DNA of 64,000 nt from Flavobacteriales bacterium (GCA_020635535.1 JACJZP010000011.1:6780-70779); one strand, 5' to 3'; positions 45,248-56,049 are shown, counted from the first letter of the stretch. Translations and numbers: made by a program. Notes: generated from the letters alone by a model not told the origin.

Positions 45248-47657
45248 CCTTAAGCTGCAATGTAAAATTGCGCAAAGGCTCAGCTTTACTTGGCCTGAAG
45301 GAATACAGACGATTGGAAACGTTATTAACAATGAAGGACACCTTGAGTTGCTCAAGCACCTGATATGAAGCTCTGATATTGGCAACAAAGTCGCCTTTTT
45401 CATGCGCCTTGCTGTACCGCGCTGTTGCTCCAAACTCTCCCGAAATAAAGTCAACAGCTGTGGTTTCGGTCTGCGGAATATTCTCTGGGTAGCTTCCGTA
45501 AACAATGGTAACACCTGCGGAGGCCTTCTTATAATCGAGTTGGATGTCTCCTTTGACCAAATGGCGTGGGCGCAGCTTCAGTAGCTTCTGCGTATCTGGA
45601 TTGTCTGATTCCATTCGATTGGTCATGTACTTGAAAAACTCCTTCAAATACTGGTCTGCCCCATAACTTTTAGCAGAATCGAGATTAACCGGATAGTTGT
45701 ACGTGTAGCCTATCAGCGCTGTAACTCCAACAGGTCCTATTGACCCACGACTTGCCAAGCCGAATTCATAACCCGTTACAAGAGCATTACTCACGTTCTG
45801 CGGATAAAGACCAATGATATAGCTTGGAGGAAGCCCTTGAAATAGATCCGGTCTTGTGGTCTGAGAAACAAATCCATACTCAACCAGATTCTTGTATTGC
45901 TGATAGAAATATGCGAAGTCGATGTAGGCTTTCCACTTACTTACCGCAACCAGCTGCTTAAGTCCAAGTTCGGCACTCATTCCTTTTTCAGCCACAAGAT
46001 CTTTGTTAGGTATGATCTTGACCTGTGGATTCAGGTCATCATCCAAATATCGCTCTGCAACTGTTGGTATACGATATGATTGACCAAAGGAGACTCTTAA
46101 GAACGTTCCTGCTCCAAAGCGGTAATTGATGCCCGAACGGAAAACCGGTGTGCTTGTTTCCGTAAAGTCGTTTATTCCAATGATCTCATAGCGAAGACCG
46201 GCCACCGCGCTCAAACGCTCTGTTTTGAATTCGCCCTGAGCATAAACCGCGCCTGAGTAGGAAACCCTGAGTCCCGAGTAAAGGTTACTGGTTGAAAGGC
46301 CGACATTGACCGGAAGGCCTGTTGTGATCGACCATTTTTTCCACAGTTTTTGGAACTGGTAGTTCACCATGATCTGGTGCGATTTGGCATGAGGTGTTGT
46401 TTTGGGGCTTGTTGAAATACGCATGATGTACATGTATCTGGACATCAATGAGTGCTTATAACCCTTATCGTTCGTAGAGTGGAAATGTGGGTCGAGGTTT
46501 GACCTTAGATATCTGTCATTACTCGGCACTGCTGATCTCAGAGCTCCTTCATTAGGGTTCACCGCAAGGAAAAATCGCCCTGAATGCTCATAGACAATGT
46601 TTCCATTGATCCCGTAGTTCATTCCTGGGTGTTTCTTGTCATGTATACGGGTCTTGAAATTCAGACCGCCACGCAGTTCATCTGCATATTCAAGATAACT
46701 TCTGTCGTGCAGGAACATGCCACCGATAACAAGGTCAAGTTTCTTGATCTTCTGCTGAAAATTGAAGTTTACGCCAGCGGCACCTCTAACTGTACCGTTG
46801 TCCCACCATTTCAACGTGTCTTTGGGGTAGTGAATAATGGTATCGACCATAATTCCTGCGGAATCAACCTTTCGTGTGTAGGTCTGGTCGCTGTAAAGGT
46901 CTGGTGGGTTATCGTAGATCTTAGAAAAAACCGTTACTGTGGTACTTGGTTTGGTGTTCTTGGGCCAGCCCGTTATCACATTGACAACACCATTGAGAGC
47001 TGAGCTACCGTAAACCACACTCGAAGCTCCTTTAATAACCTCAATCTGTTCCACGTTCTGCATGGGTGCTTGGCGCAACTGCGGCTCACCAAGGTCTGCG
47101 CTCATCAGCGACATTCCGTCTTGCATTACTGCGGTTCGCGTACCCACACCGTAAGACCAACTACTACCGCCCCTTATGCTCACCTGGCTGTCCTGTATTG
47201 TAACTCCGGGGGTTTTGTTAATGGCCTCGCCAAGATCAGTAGCATTCGTGTTTTGAATCAACTTAGCGCTGACCACTTCCATCGAAACCGTTTCCTGTGC
47301 AATGCTCTTCTGATACTGGCTTGCAGAGACCACTACAATATCCAGTTGTTCCGATTTCATTTCGAGCTTAACATTCTTAGTAGCGGGTGCTCCAGAACTG
47401 AGGTCGATCTCCTTGATCTTAGGCTCGTACCCAATGAAGGAATACTGAACCTTGTGCATTGCCTTAGACAGCTTCAGAGAATATTTACCATCAAGATCGG
47501 TGGTTACTCCTTTGCCGTCAGGGGTTACAACACTCGCCCCAACCAACGGTTCTCCAGATTCGGCATCGGTCACAATGCCACTTAATGTCACCTCCTGCGC
47601 CAGTGCACTCACAGAGACAAAAAGCGTAATGATTACAGCTCGTAAAACTTTACTCAT
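45237..47657 (-). CDS. TonB-dependent outer-membrane receptor (CarboxypepD_reg-like + plug + barrel)
   Basis: Signal peptide, LSGIVTDAESGEPLVGASVV, plug domain, and terminal aromatic residue. Confidence 0.8.
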   Translation of the reverse strand: MSKVLRAVIITLFVSVSALAQEVTLSGIVTDAESGEPLVGASVVTPDGKGVTTDLDGKYSLKLSKAMHKVQYSFIGYEPKIKEIDLSSGAPATKNVKLEMKSEQLDIVVVSASQYQKSIAQETVSMEVVSAKLIQNTNATDLGEAINKTPGVTIQDSQVSIRGGSSWSYGVGTRTAVMQDGMSLMSADLGEPQLRQAPMQNVEQIEVIKGASSVVYGSSALNGVVNVITGWPKNTKPSTTVTVFSKIYDNPPDLYSDQTYTRKVDSAGIMVDTIIHYPKDTLKWWDNGTVRGAAGVNFNFQQKIKKLDLVIGGMFLHDRSYLEYADELRGGLNFKTRIHDKKHPGMNYGINGNIVYEHSGRFFLAVNPNEGALRSAVPSNDRYLRSNLDPHFHSTNDKGYKHSLMSRYMYIMRISTSPKTTPHAKSHQIMVNYQFQKLWKKWSITTGLPVNVGLSTSNLYSGLRVSYSGAVYAQGEFKTERLSAVAGLRYEIIGINDFTETSTPVFRSGINYRFGAGTFLRVSFGQSYRIPTVAERYLDDDLNPQVKIIPNKDLVAEKGMSAELGLKQLVAVSKWKAYIDFAYFYQQYKNLVEYGFVSQTTRPDLFQGLPPSYIIGLYPQNVSNALVTGYEFGLASRGSIGPVGVTALIGYTYNYPVNLDSAKSYGADQYLKEFFKYMTNRMESDNPDTQKLLKLRPRHLVKGDIQLDYKKASAGVTIVYGSYPENIPQTETTAVDFISGEFGATARYSKAHEKGDFVANIRASYQVLEQLKVSFIVNNVSNRLYSFRPSKAEPLRNFTLQLKATF

Positions 47658-47696
47658 ACAGGTAGGTTGATGTGCAAGGCGCTAAAAATATGAAAG

Positions 47697-48686
47697 TTGA
47701 CCATCTTTGGTTACCCGTTCATGACCACTGTAAGACACTTACTTAAAATGTATCATTTCCTGACCTGTTTAGGCTTGAGCACATTTTTGGCGTTGGCCGT
47801 AAGCGGCCAGCCACTACCAGATGGAGAGGAAACGCTTGCCATTGAGGCCCAGAATCTGGCTATCACCGTTCCTGATAAGGAAGCGTTTGAGGGCGGACAT
47901 CTTCAAGGAGTTCAGTTATTCAATGGCACTTTGATTGTTTCTGGCAGCTCTCAGGAATTCGGCTATTTGGCCATTTTCCAGTTCATTGGGGGTGAGTTCC
48001 GTTTTATTGCCACCAAGAAACTGGCCGCTGCTCCATTTGACCACGCAGGTGGTTTTCAGGTGGCCGAGAATTGGCTGGCGGTGGGTGTTGAAGACCCCAC
48101 CGGCAAACGGAGTTCCATTGTTCAATTAATTGATGTTTCAAGCTTTGGGAATCTTTCCAAACCTCCCGTCTATAGCTTGAAACGGCAAGGCGAATACAAA
48201 CGCAGCACAGCGGGAGCTGTGGCCTTGCTTAAGCGTGATGGACATTTTCTTTTGGCCGTTGGTTCTTGGGACAGTGCCATCATCGATTTCTACACGTCCA
48301 ATCATACCGACCCATATGCGGAGGATTTCAAATTTGAAGCTTGGACAAGTTGGGACAGTCGGGAAGCGAAACGTAAAGATTGGGTTAACCGCGATTATAA
48401 TAGCTACCAAAGTCTTCAACTGACTGAGGATTCAACTGGCGTTTATCTTACAGGCTTTGCCAAACGCGGTAACAGCAACCTTGCCGATGTGTTCAAGCTA
48501 AGAACAGATGCGGACCCTTACACACTGATACAAAAAGTGTCCACCTATTCTGTCCAGTGCAAAGGCGATGTCACTTTCAGGAACGGAGCGGGGTTATCAA
48601 CCTTCCTAGATCAACCTTCCATTGTGGCTGTTGGCCACAAGCTTACACCAACCACCAACATCCAGATCTTTCCCGTTAAGCGATAA
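47697..48686 (+). CDS. hypothetical secreted protein
   Basis: Probable start MYHFLTCLGLSTFLALAVSG (47748). No known motif. Confidence 0.4.
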   Translation: MTIFGYPFMTTVRHLLKMYHFLTCLGLSTFLALAVSGQPLPDGEETLAIEAQNLAITVPDKEAFEGGHLQGVQLFNGTLIVSGSSQEFGYLAIFQFIGGEFRFIATKKLAAAPFDHAGGFQVAENWLAVGVEDPTGKRSSIVQLIDVSSFGNLSKPPVYSLKRQGEYKRSTAGAVALLKRDGHFLLAVGSWDSAIIDFYTSNHTDPYAEDFKFEAWTSWDSREAKRKDWVNRDYNSYQSLQLTEDSTGVYLTGFAKRGNSNLADVFKLRTDADPYTLIQKVSTYSVQCKGDVTFRNGAGLSTFLDQPSIVAVGHKLTPTTNIQIFPVKR

Positions 48687-49336
48687 TGGCTAAATTCGAT
48701 GTTATGAAATCGATTTCTCCCAGTGGTCCACTTCTCACCCTGATCATTAAACCGCTTGGTGCCTCCAATACCAACGACCTCCTTGCAAGGTTCCACCCGA
48801 TTATGAAATCCATGGGTTACGGAAACTTTGAGATGGAAGAAAACGGACTTTATCAGGCGAGCAAAAATGCCGAGACACTGCTGGGAGCACCGCTTTTTGT
48901 ATTTGCAGAGAAAGATGGCGGCTCTCTGGTCATCAATATTGACGGACACTCGATATTTGGTCTGAAAGGCGTTGAAGAGCAGCTCAAAAAAATCAGATCT
49001 GAATACGAAAAGAGCATAGACTGTTCAACCGATTTGTTAGGGCCGAATTATGTCAGTGCACTTGTTGGAAACCTACTTTACACCGCACTGCCAATCTACC
49101 TGAGCGCAACGCTGATTGCAGTTATGTTCTACTTCATTGAATACGACCGCCAGATCATTTTCAACACGTACATGTACGCTACACTGGGAATTATCGGAGC
49201 GAAAACCCGATTCTGGGTCAATCAGAGAAGGAAACAACGGCCTGTTTGGCAGAGCATCCTGCTACTGGTTGTAGGAGCTCCCATCATTTTAGGTGTTGTG
49301 GTTGCATTGGTCTACGGAATAACCCGACTTACCTAA
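48686..49336 (+). CDS. hypothetical protein with C-terminal TM helices
   Basis: ORF coupled to the upstream gene. Two hydrophobic segments at the C-terminus. Confidence 0.4.
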   Translation: MAKFDVMKSISPSGPLLTLIIKPLGASNTNDLLARFHPIMKSMGYGNFEMEENGLYQASKNAETLLGAPLFVFAEKDGGSLVINIDGHSIFGLKGVEEQLKKIRSEYEKSIDCSTDLLGPNYVSALVGNLLYTALPIYLSATLIAVMFYFIEYDRQIIFNTYMYATLGIIGAKTRFWVNQRRKQRPVWQSILLLVVGAPIILGVVVALVYGITRLT

Positions 49337-50190
49337 AGGCTGTTCAACAACGAACGGAACCAATTTTCGTCTTCTGAAGCTTCCAGCTTTTTTATACGCA
49401 TTTTGGTGATGTCCAACTCCAGTTGCAGCTCAACCCGGTTGCGCACTTCCCAAAGCGTTTCTTCGTCCGTTTTACCCTCATACTCCTTGGTTGAAATACG
49501 ATTTCCGAACGCGTAGAACTGCTTTTCCGGTCGTGGGATCATGGTCGGACCGATTCCTCGAGCCAGCGGGAAAACCGTTTCGCCATCCTTCAGATACTTC
49601 TCCGCAATACCTTTTTCACGAAGCCAGTCTCCGAACTTACTGTCCATGATCTCGTCTCCGTCCATCACAATATCGAACGCATCTTCCTGTCCTACCTGTG
49701 CCACTGTAACAATATCGTAGCCGTTATCAATGGCCATTCGGGCAAAACCTGTTCGTTTTTTCCAGGTGAGGGTGTACTTCTCCCCTTTGCGCTTGCAGGT
49801 TTCCCTTCCTCCACCAGGATAGACCATGATGTGCTCTCCATGCTGCATCATTGCTTCGCAGTTCTCTCGAGTACCACGAACAAAGCCGAGTTTTGGGGCA
49901 AGGTCGCGCCAACCTGGCATCATGTAATGCAGATTGTCTACCAACGAACGCATGAAAATGTCCTTTTCAATATAAAGTTGGGCAGCCCAAAGCGTTCCGT
50001 CCAGCGCGCCCAGAACCGAATGGTTGGTAACGTACATGGCAGGCCTGTCTTTACTTACGTTTTCCATACCATAGAATTCTGGCTGGAAATAGGCGCGGCC
50101 CAAAGCCGTAACGCGTTCTACAAATTCTTTCGATGGTGGGTCAAAATCGGGAGTGTATTCTCCGAGTTGGGGGTCAAGGGATTCGCTCAT
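49333..50190 (-). CDS. lysophospholipid acyltransferase (PlsC-like) family protein
   Basis: Acyltransferase HX4D-like block NHSVLGALD and PGGGRE motif. Confidence 0.65.
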   Translation of the reverse strand: MSESLDPQLGEYTPDFDPPSKEFVERVTALGRAYFQPEFYGMENVSKDRPAMYVTNHSVLGALDGTLWAAQLYIEKDIFMRSLVDNLHYMMPGWRDLAPKLGFVRGTRENCEAMMQHGEHIMVYPGGGRETCKRKGEKYTLTWKKRTGFARMAIDNGYDIVTVAQVGQEDAFDIVMDGDEIMDSKFGDWLREKGIAEKYLKDGETVFPLARGIGPTMIPRPEKQFYAFGNRISTKEYEGKTDEETLWEVRNRVELQLELDITKMRIKKLEASEDENWFRSLLNSL

Positions 50191-50220
50191 GCCGCAAAGA
50201 TACGACCGAGAAAGTGTTCG

Positions 50221-50862
50221 CTAATAAATGACTGTTACCGTTGTGGTATCAAATGCTTGCACGTATGCTGTTTCGGCAATTTGATGCACTCCTCCGTTTT
50301 CGTCCACATAGTTGCCGGCAACGCTTATCTGCTGCTCACCGTAAACGGGACAGATGAATACGCTATCAACGTTAGCCCCTTGCACAATGGTGTTGCCGCC
50401 TGAGCAGCATTCTGTGCAGTTTCCGTTGTTGGCCACCACAGCAAACGTGGCTGTTTGCGACATGTTCTGGTTGATGAGGTGTGTGGCAATCCAAGCCTTG
50501 GGGTCGATGACAAACGTTTCCGAATATGCCGTGCTAAAGGGAACATCATCAGGATTAATGCTGAAACTTTCGTTAAAGTGGGTTGGGTGCGAAACATCCA
50601 CTCGGTATGCGTAGAACACGCCTTTTTCCACTTCAATGTAAAATCGGCCACTGGCATCGGTTGTGGCCGAACCCACTATCTCAAAATTCGGGTTGAACCC
50701 GCCATCCGCCCTTTGAACCAGCATCGTTACGCTGGCTCCAGAAACTGCGGCATCAACCCGCTCATCATAAACGGTGCAATCGAACATGAAGACATCCGAT
50801 TTCTTTTTACAGCCGACCATTGTGGTCAACACTAACATTACAGTAACGAGTAGAGTTCTCAT
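50221..50862 (-). CDS. hypothetical lipoprotein
   Basis: Lipobox LTTMVGCKK. Start trimmed to Met28 of the ORF. Confidence 0.4.
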   Translation of the reverse strand: MRTLLVTVMLVLTTMVGCKKKSDVFMFDCTVYDERVDAAVSGASVTMLVQRADGGFNPNFEIVGSATTDASGRFYIEVEKGVFYAYRVDVSHPTHFNESFSINPDDVPFSTAYSETFVIDPKAWIATHLINQNMSQTATFAVVANNGNCTECCSGGNTIVQGANVDSVFICPVYGEQQISVAGNYVDENGGVHQIAETAYVQAFDTTTVTVIY

Positions 50863-51461
50863 TGACCCGAAAAATAGAGCTTTCCTGTGATGTCTGATTC
50901 GGCAACTCCCAAAACTCTGAACACATAAACACCGGCCGGCCAAGTGGTCGGTTCAATCAAAAAATCGTTAGCTATTCGCGAATCTTGGTACATGATCTTG
51001 CCGGTAATATCAAAAACCTGTATGGTAGCTTCACGATTCCTGTCATTGCTGAAAAGCACCCGGTAGGTGTTCCGCTCAGCATCCGTAAGCAACAGATAAT
51101 TCTTTGAACCAAAGTCTTCAAAAAAAGCGGTCACGGTATCTGAAAAACCTTGATAACCCAACTCCAATCGGTAGTGATTGTAGGCGTTTGGAACCGGAAC
51201 GGTGTCGAAAAATGTATAGGTCTCATCATCCGTAAAACTTCCGCAAACACCAGGAATGTGGTTTATCTGTTCGAACATGAAAGAGTCATCTGCCCGATGA
51301 ACCTTGGTTCCTTGACACTGTTGCCCGCCTTTGATAACCCACTTAAGCAAAACACCATTCGTCTGTTTCACGGCCGAAAAGGAACGCAGAATGGGGTGCG
51401 GACCTTGCGCCATTCCGAAAAACGGGAGTGCGAGAAAAAAGATGATGGTGATGTTTCGCAT
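50859..51461 (-). CDS. hypothetical secreted protein
   Basis: Signal peptide MRNITIIFFLALPFFGMAQG. Confidence 0.4.
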   Translation of the reverse strand: MRNITIIFFLALPFFGMAQGPHPILRSFSAVKQTNGVLLKWVIKGGQQCQGTKVHRADDSFMFEQINHIPGVCGSFTDDETYTFFDTVPVPNAYNHYRLELGYQGFSDTVTAFFEDFGSKNYLLLTDAERNTYRVLFSNDRNREATIQVFDITGKIMYQDSRIANDFLIEPTTWPAGVYVFRVLGVAESDITGKLYFSGQ

Positions 51462-51542
51462 CAGTGAAATCGAACACCAAAATAACCATGGGTTTGCTCA
51501 GATGTTGTTGCCCTGCATACATTTTGCTTCCAATTCCTACGT

Positions 51543-51953
51543 TTGCAGCCAATGCGTAAAGACATTCATATACCAAAGGTGATTGACGTTTCAATGGCCG
51601 TGGTACGCGAAACGGAAGGCCCAGATGCTGAATGGGGCGTTTACCTCATCAATCAGAAAGATGTGGCGTTGAAGAACATCATTGTGGCCTCGAAGGGATA
51701 TGGTACGCTCAACGAGCAGGAGGTCAAAACCTCCACACTTCGGCACTTTTTTGATGATCTGGGGGCAAAATCGTTCACAAAAGTGGAAAAGATCATGCCT
51801 GATGTTTTTGGCCTCAATAACGAGTATATGCTCACGTTTTACATCGACCAGATGATCTATGACCGCAAATACATCTTTGTGCCCGACAGTATTGTGGAAG
51901 AAAACCTGATTCAGATACCTTTGATAGACAAGCCAGGAATTTTAATCAAGTAG
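51543..51953 (+). CDS. hypothetical protein
   Basis: ORF only. Confidence 0.35.
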   Translation: MQPMRKDIHIPKVIDVSMAVVRETEGPDAEWGVYLINQKDVALKNIIVASKGYGTLNEQEVKTSTLRHFFDDLGAKSFTKVEKIMPDVFGLNNEYMLTFYIDQMIYDRKYIFVPDSIVEENLIQIPLIDKPGILIK

Positions 51954-52026
51954 TTAATGGTTATTTGTTATTAAACAGCTAAAACGAATAACCCAATAAC
52001 GAGTAACCAATAACCGCCCAGCGAAA

Positions 52027-52746
52027 ATGCTTAATAACCTCGACCTCACCAAAATTCTGTTTCTCGATATTGAGACGGTGCCTCAGGTGAGTTCGTATGA
52101 TAGTTTGGATGAGGAAACCGCCAAGCTTTGGGACGACAAGGCCAATAAGCTTTCTCGGAGCGAGATGACTGGTGAGGAAATGTTTGAACGTGCTGGGATC
52201 TATGCTGAATTTGGAAAGATCATCTGCATTTCAGTGGGTTATTTTGTGCTTCGCGAGGGTGGAAAACGCGAATTCAGAATGCGGTCTTTCTATGGCGATG
52301 AGGAGAAATTGCTGCTTCGCGAATTTGCCGATCTGCTGAATAATCATTTCAGTTCGCCAACACAACTTTTGTGCGCTCACAATGGCAAGGAGTTCGACTT
52401 TCCATACATTGCCCGAAGACTGGTGGTGAATCGCATTCCGATTCCTGCCATTTTGAATTCGGTGGGTAAAAAGCCATGGGAAGTTCAGCATCTCGACACC
52501 ATGGAAATGTGGAAATTCGGTGATTGGAAGAGTTTCACTTCGTTGAAATTGCTCACGCACATTCTCGACATTCCAACACCCAAAACGGACATTGACGGAA
52601 GCGATGTAGCACGGGTTTATTATGAGGAGAACGACCTTGACCGAATTGAACGATATTGCAAACGTGATACATTGGCGGTGGCGCAATTGCTTTTGCGTTT
52701 CCGAGGCGAAGACATACTAACCGATGAGCAAGTGGTAGAAGCATGA
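52027..52746 (+). CDS. RNase H-like 3'-5' exonuclease family protein (PolB-exonuclease-like)
   Basis: ILFLDIETVP Exo I motif, with later acidic motifs (CAHNGKEFDFPYI, YCKRDT). Confidence 0.55.
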   Translation: MLNNLDLTKILFLDIETVPQVSSYDSLDEETAKLWDDKANKLSRSEMTGEEMFERAGIYAEFGKIICISVGYFVLREGGKREFRMRSFYGDEEKLLLREFADLLNNHFSSPTQLLCAHNGKEFDFPYIARRLVVNRIPIPAILNSVGKKPWEVQHLDTMEMWKFGDWKSFTSLKLLTHILDIPTPKTDIDGSDVARVYYEENDLDRIERYCKRDTLAVAQLLLRFRGEDILTDEQVVEA

Positions 52747-53213
52747 AAAAGTTGGTTTACATCATAGTTGCAATTGCGCTGGTTTCCTGCGGTGAGCAGA
52801 AAAGTACGGTAACAGATGTGATCGGAAGCGGACATTTCCGTGGAAACGAGATCGGTGACAAGCGTGAAAAAGTGGAAAAGCATGCGGCAGTAGACAACAT
52901 CGTTAACCGAACCGAGGCTTCCATAAACTGCGAACTGACCGTTGACGATATTGAGCTATTGGCACGCTACGATTTCGACCAAGAAGCGCTCTACTCCATT
53001 CAAGCAGACATGTTCTTTCCTGACACTTCAGAGATGAACGCATTTCAAGGTCAACTTATTAAACATTACAACGCCAAGTACGGAGAAGTAAATATGGATG
53101 GAGGCTTCCTGGTGTGGCAGGAAGAAGGAAAGGTGGAGTTCACCTTGGCGGATGAGAGCATTGAATTCGGACAGCCGAAACTCTCCCTCACAATCTATAA
53201 TTTTGACTACTGA
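52743..53213 (+). CDS. hypothetical lipoprotein
   Basis: Lipobox ALVSCGEQ. Confidence 0.4.
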   Translation: MKKLVYIIVAIALVSCGEQKSTVTDVIGSGHFRGNEIGDKREKVEKHAAVDNIVNRTEASINCELTVDDIELLARYDFDQEALYSIQADMFFPDTSEMNAFQGQLIKHYNAKYGEVNMDGGFLVWQEEGKVEFTLADESIEFGQPKLSLTIYNFDY

Positions 53214-53225
53214 TCAAACAAGCAC

Positions 53226-55043
53226 ATGGCTGAGAACAAATTGCTGGAGATAAAGAACCTCGTTACCGAGTTTCGAACGGATGGAGAAGTAGTGAAGGCG
53301 GTAAACGATGTGAGCTTCACATTGAATCGCGGAGAGACAATCGGAATTGTGGGCGAGTCCGGTTCTGGAAAGTCCGTTACATCACTTTCAGTAATGCGTT
53401 TGATTCCAAACCCTCCAGGGAAAATTGCCGGAGGCGAGATCATTTTCCATAAGAATGATGGTTCTACAACCGACCTGACCAAGATCAGCGAGAAGGAAAT
53501 GCGCGCTATTCGCGGCAATGACATTGCAATGATCTTCCAAGAGCCAATGACCTCGCTGAACCCCGTTTTCACCTGTGGAGATCAAGTAATGGAGGCTATT
53601 CTGCTGCATCAGAAGGTTAGCAAGAAAGAAGCGAAAGCCCTAACAATTGAGCTCTTCAAGGAAGTACAACTTCCAAGGCCAGAAGCCATTTTTGATCAGT
53701 ATCCGCATCAGATCTCTGGTGGACAGAAGCAACGGGTTATGATCGCCATGGCCATGAGTTGCAATCCGAGTATTCTGATTGCAGATGAGCCGACCACTGC
53801 GTTGGATGTAACGGTTCAGCAAACCATTCTCGACCTGATGCTGAAACTGCAGCGCGAGCACGATATGGGCATCATGTTCATTACACACGACCTTGGTGTC
53901 ATTGCCGAGTTGGCAGACAAGGTTGTTGTTATGTACAAAGGCAAGATCGTTGAGCAAGGACCCGTTCTGGAGATTTTCTCCAATCCGCAACATCCGTATA
54001 CAAAAGGGTTATTGGCCTGTCGTCCGCCATTGGATGTTCGTTTGAAGCGTTTGCCAATTGTTTCCGACTTCATGAAGGTCGATGATCAAGGTAACATTCA
54101 GGAAATTGAGCAAAGCGTAACGGAAGCCACCGAGAAAGAAATCCAAACGGAAGCAGAACGCACAAAGGACCACGAGGAAATGTACGCCAAGGAACCCGTG
54201 CTCAAGATCAAGAACCTAAAAACATACTTCCCCCTCAAGAAGAATTTCTTCGGAAAAGTGACCGAGGAAGTGAAGGCGGTTGATGATGTGACCTTTGACG
54301 TTTATCCGGGAGAAACACTCGGACTTGTTGGGGAATCTGGCTGCGGCAAGACCACTCTTGGAAGAACCGTTCTACGCTTGGTTGACCCAACAGATGGCGA
54401 GGTCATTTTCAAGGGAAAGCCGCTGCATTCCATGAGCACCGAAGAGCTTCGTGAGGTTCGGAAAGACATCCAGATCATTTTCCAGGATCCCTATTCATCG
54501 CTCAACCCGCGTATTACGGTTGGCGATGCCATTATGGAGCCCATGAAAGTGCATAAGCTTTATTCAAACGACAAAGAGCGCAAGGAAAAAGTGATGGAAC
54601 TGCTGGAGCGGGTTGGTCTATTGCCCGTCCATTTTTACCGCTATCCGCATGAATTCTCTGGTGGTCAGCGCCAGCGTATATGTATTGCCCGGGCATTGGC
54701 TTTACGCCCGCAGTTCATCATTTGCGATGAATCTGTTTCTGCATTGGACGTTTCCGTGCAGGCTCAGGTTTTGAACCTGCTGAACGAGTTGAAGCGTGAC
54801 TTCGATTTCACGTACATTTTCATCTCACACGACCTTTCTGTTGTGAAGTTCATGAGCGACCGCATGGTGGTAATGAACAAAGGTGTGGTTGAGGAAATGG
54901 GCGATGCCGACCAGATCTACTCCAATCCACAAACGGAGTACACCAAAAAGCTGATTGCAGCCATTCCGAAAGGACGGTTGGAAGACATTGAGGCTTCGAT
55001 CAAAGAGAAGGAGGAGTGGCGCTCTGGTGTTGCCGCCAGTTGA
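53226..55043 (+). CDS. ABC transporter ATP-binding protein with duplicated ATPase domains (peptide/microcin-type, YejF/DppDF-like)
   Basis: Two Walker A motifs (GESGSGKS, GESGCGKT), two LSGGQ signatures, and oligopeptide-type C-terminal extensions. Confidence 0.9.
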   Translation: MAENKLLEIKNLVTEFRTDGEVVKAVNDVSFTLNRGETIGIVGESGSGKSVTSLSVMRLIPNPPGKIAGGEIIFHKNDGSTTDLTKISEKEMRAIRGNDIAMIFQEPMTSLNPVFTCGDQVMEAILLHQKVSKKEAKALTIELFKEVQLPRPEAIFDQYPHQISGGQKQRVMIAMAMSCNPSILIADEPTTALDVTVQQTILDLMLKLQREHDMGIMFITHDLGVIAELADKVVVMYKGKIVEQGPVLEIFSNPQHPYTKGLLACRPPLDVRLKRLPIVSDFMKVDDQGNIQEIEQSVTEATEKEIQTEAERTKDHEEMYAKEPVLKIKNLKTYFPLKKNFFGKVTEEVKAVDDVTFDVYPGETLGLVGESGCGKTTLGRTVLRLVDPTDGEVIFKGKPLHSMSTEELREVRKDIQIIFQDPYSSLNPRITVGDAIMEPMKVHKLYSNDKERKEKVMELLERVGLLPVHFYRYPHEFSGGQRQRICIARALALRPQFIICDESVSALDVSVQAQVLNLLNELKRDFDFTYIFISHDLSVVKFMSDRMVVMNKGVVEEMGDADQIYSNPQTEYTKKLIAAIPKGRLEDIEASIKEKEEWRSGVAAS

Positions 55044-55093
55044 GTTATCAATTTTTAACGTCCATTCGTTAACATTTCACCCAAACCCGTGTT

Positions 55094-55999
55094 GTGGAGA
55101 AGAAGTGCGCATATAATTTTGCGCGCAAATTCCGTTACAGAAACATGAGACATTACATCATACTTGCCCTGACAGCCGTGTTGTTCACATCATGCGTGTC
55201 AACCAAAAAGCATAATGCTCTTAGCGATGAATACGTTGGGCTGAAAAACATCCACGAGAAGAACCTTTCTGACCTTGCCCGTGCACAACATGAACTGGTT
55301 TCGCTGAAAAAACAGGTGCAACGAGACAGCTTGGAATTGGCCCGTCTTCGTGCTCAGAACGACCGCTTGGTAAGCAACATGGGCGAGATGGCCACCCTCT
55401 CCAAGAAAGAAGCTGAAAACTTGGAGAAATCGTTGGAAAAGATCAACGAGAAAGACATGCACATTAAGCGTTTGCAAGACGCAATTGACCGTAAGGATTC
55501 GGTAACGTTTGCCCTGGTAACCAGCATCAAAGGAGCCATTGGCGACCTGAATGATGAGGATATTCAGATTCAGGTAGATAAAGGAGCTGTGTTCGTTTCC
55601 ATCTCTGACAAGTTCCTTTTTAAAAGCGGCAGCTACAACCTGAACAGCAGCGCTAAGACGATCATTTCTAAAGTGGCCAAGATCCTTGAATCGAAACCGG
55701 ATTTTGAAGTGATGGTTGAGGGACACACCGACAATGTTTCTTACCGCAAAGGCGAACTGTTGGACAACTGGGACCTGAGTACTAAACGTGCTACTTCCAT
55801 TGTGCGTGTGCTTCAGGAAGACTTCAAGATCGACCCTGCGCGTATGACTGCTGCCGGTCGTTCAGAATATGTTCCATTGACCGAGAACGAAACACCGGAA
55901 GGCCGTGCTGCCAACCGAAGAACACGCATCATTATCCTTCCAAAATTGGATCAGTTCTATGGAATGATCGAAGAAGGTTTGAAAGAGGCTGAGGAGTAA
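55094..55999 (+). CDS. OmpA/MotB-family protein with coiled-coil region
   Basis: C-terminal OmpA-like motif (TDNVS...NWDLSTKRATSIVRVL...GRAANRRTRIIILP). Lipoprotein-like start LTAVLFTSC. Confidence 0.8.
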   Translation: MEKKCAYNFARKFRYRNMRHYIILALTAVLFTSCVSTKKHNALSDEYVGLKNIHEKNLSDLARAQHELVSLKKQVQRDSLELARLRAQNDRLVSNMGEMATLSKKEAENLEKSLEKINEKDMHIKRLQDAIDRKDSVTFALVTSIKGAIGDLNDEDIQIQVDKGAVFVSISDKFLFKSGSYNLNSSAKTIISKVAKILESKPDFEVMVEGHTDNVSYRKGELLDNWDLSTKRATSIVRVLQEDFKIDPARMTAAGRSEYVPLTENETPEGRAANRRTRIIILPKLDQFYGMIEEGLKEAEE

Positions 56000-56023
56000 A
56001 TGAACGAGTACATATTTGCATAG

Positions 56024-56049
56024 AGCGGGGTTAGAAGCCCCGCTTTTTA
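56024..56049 (+). terminator. rho-independent terminator
   Basis: AGCGGGG-ttagaa-GCCCCGCT hairpin followed by TTTTT. Confidence 0.6.
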
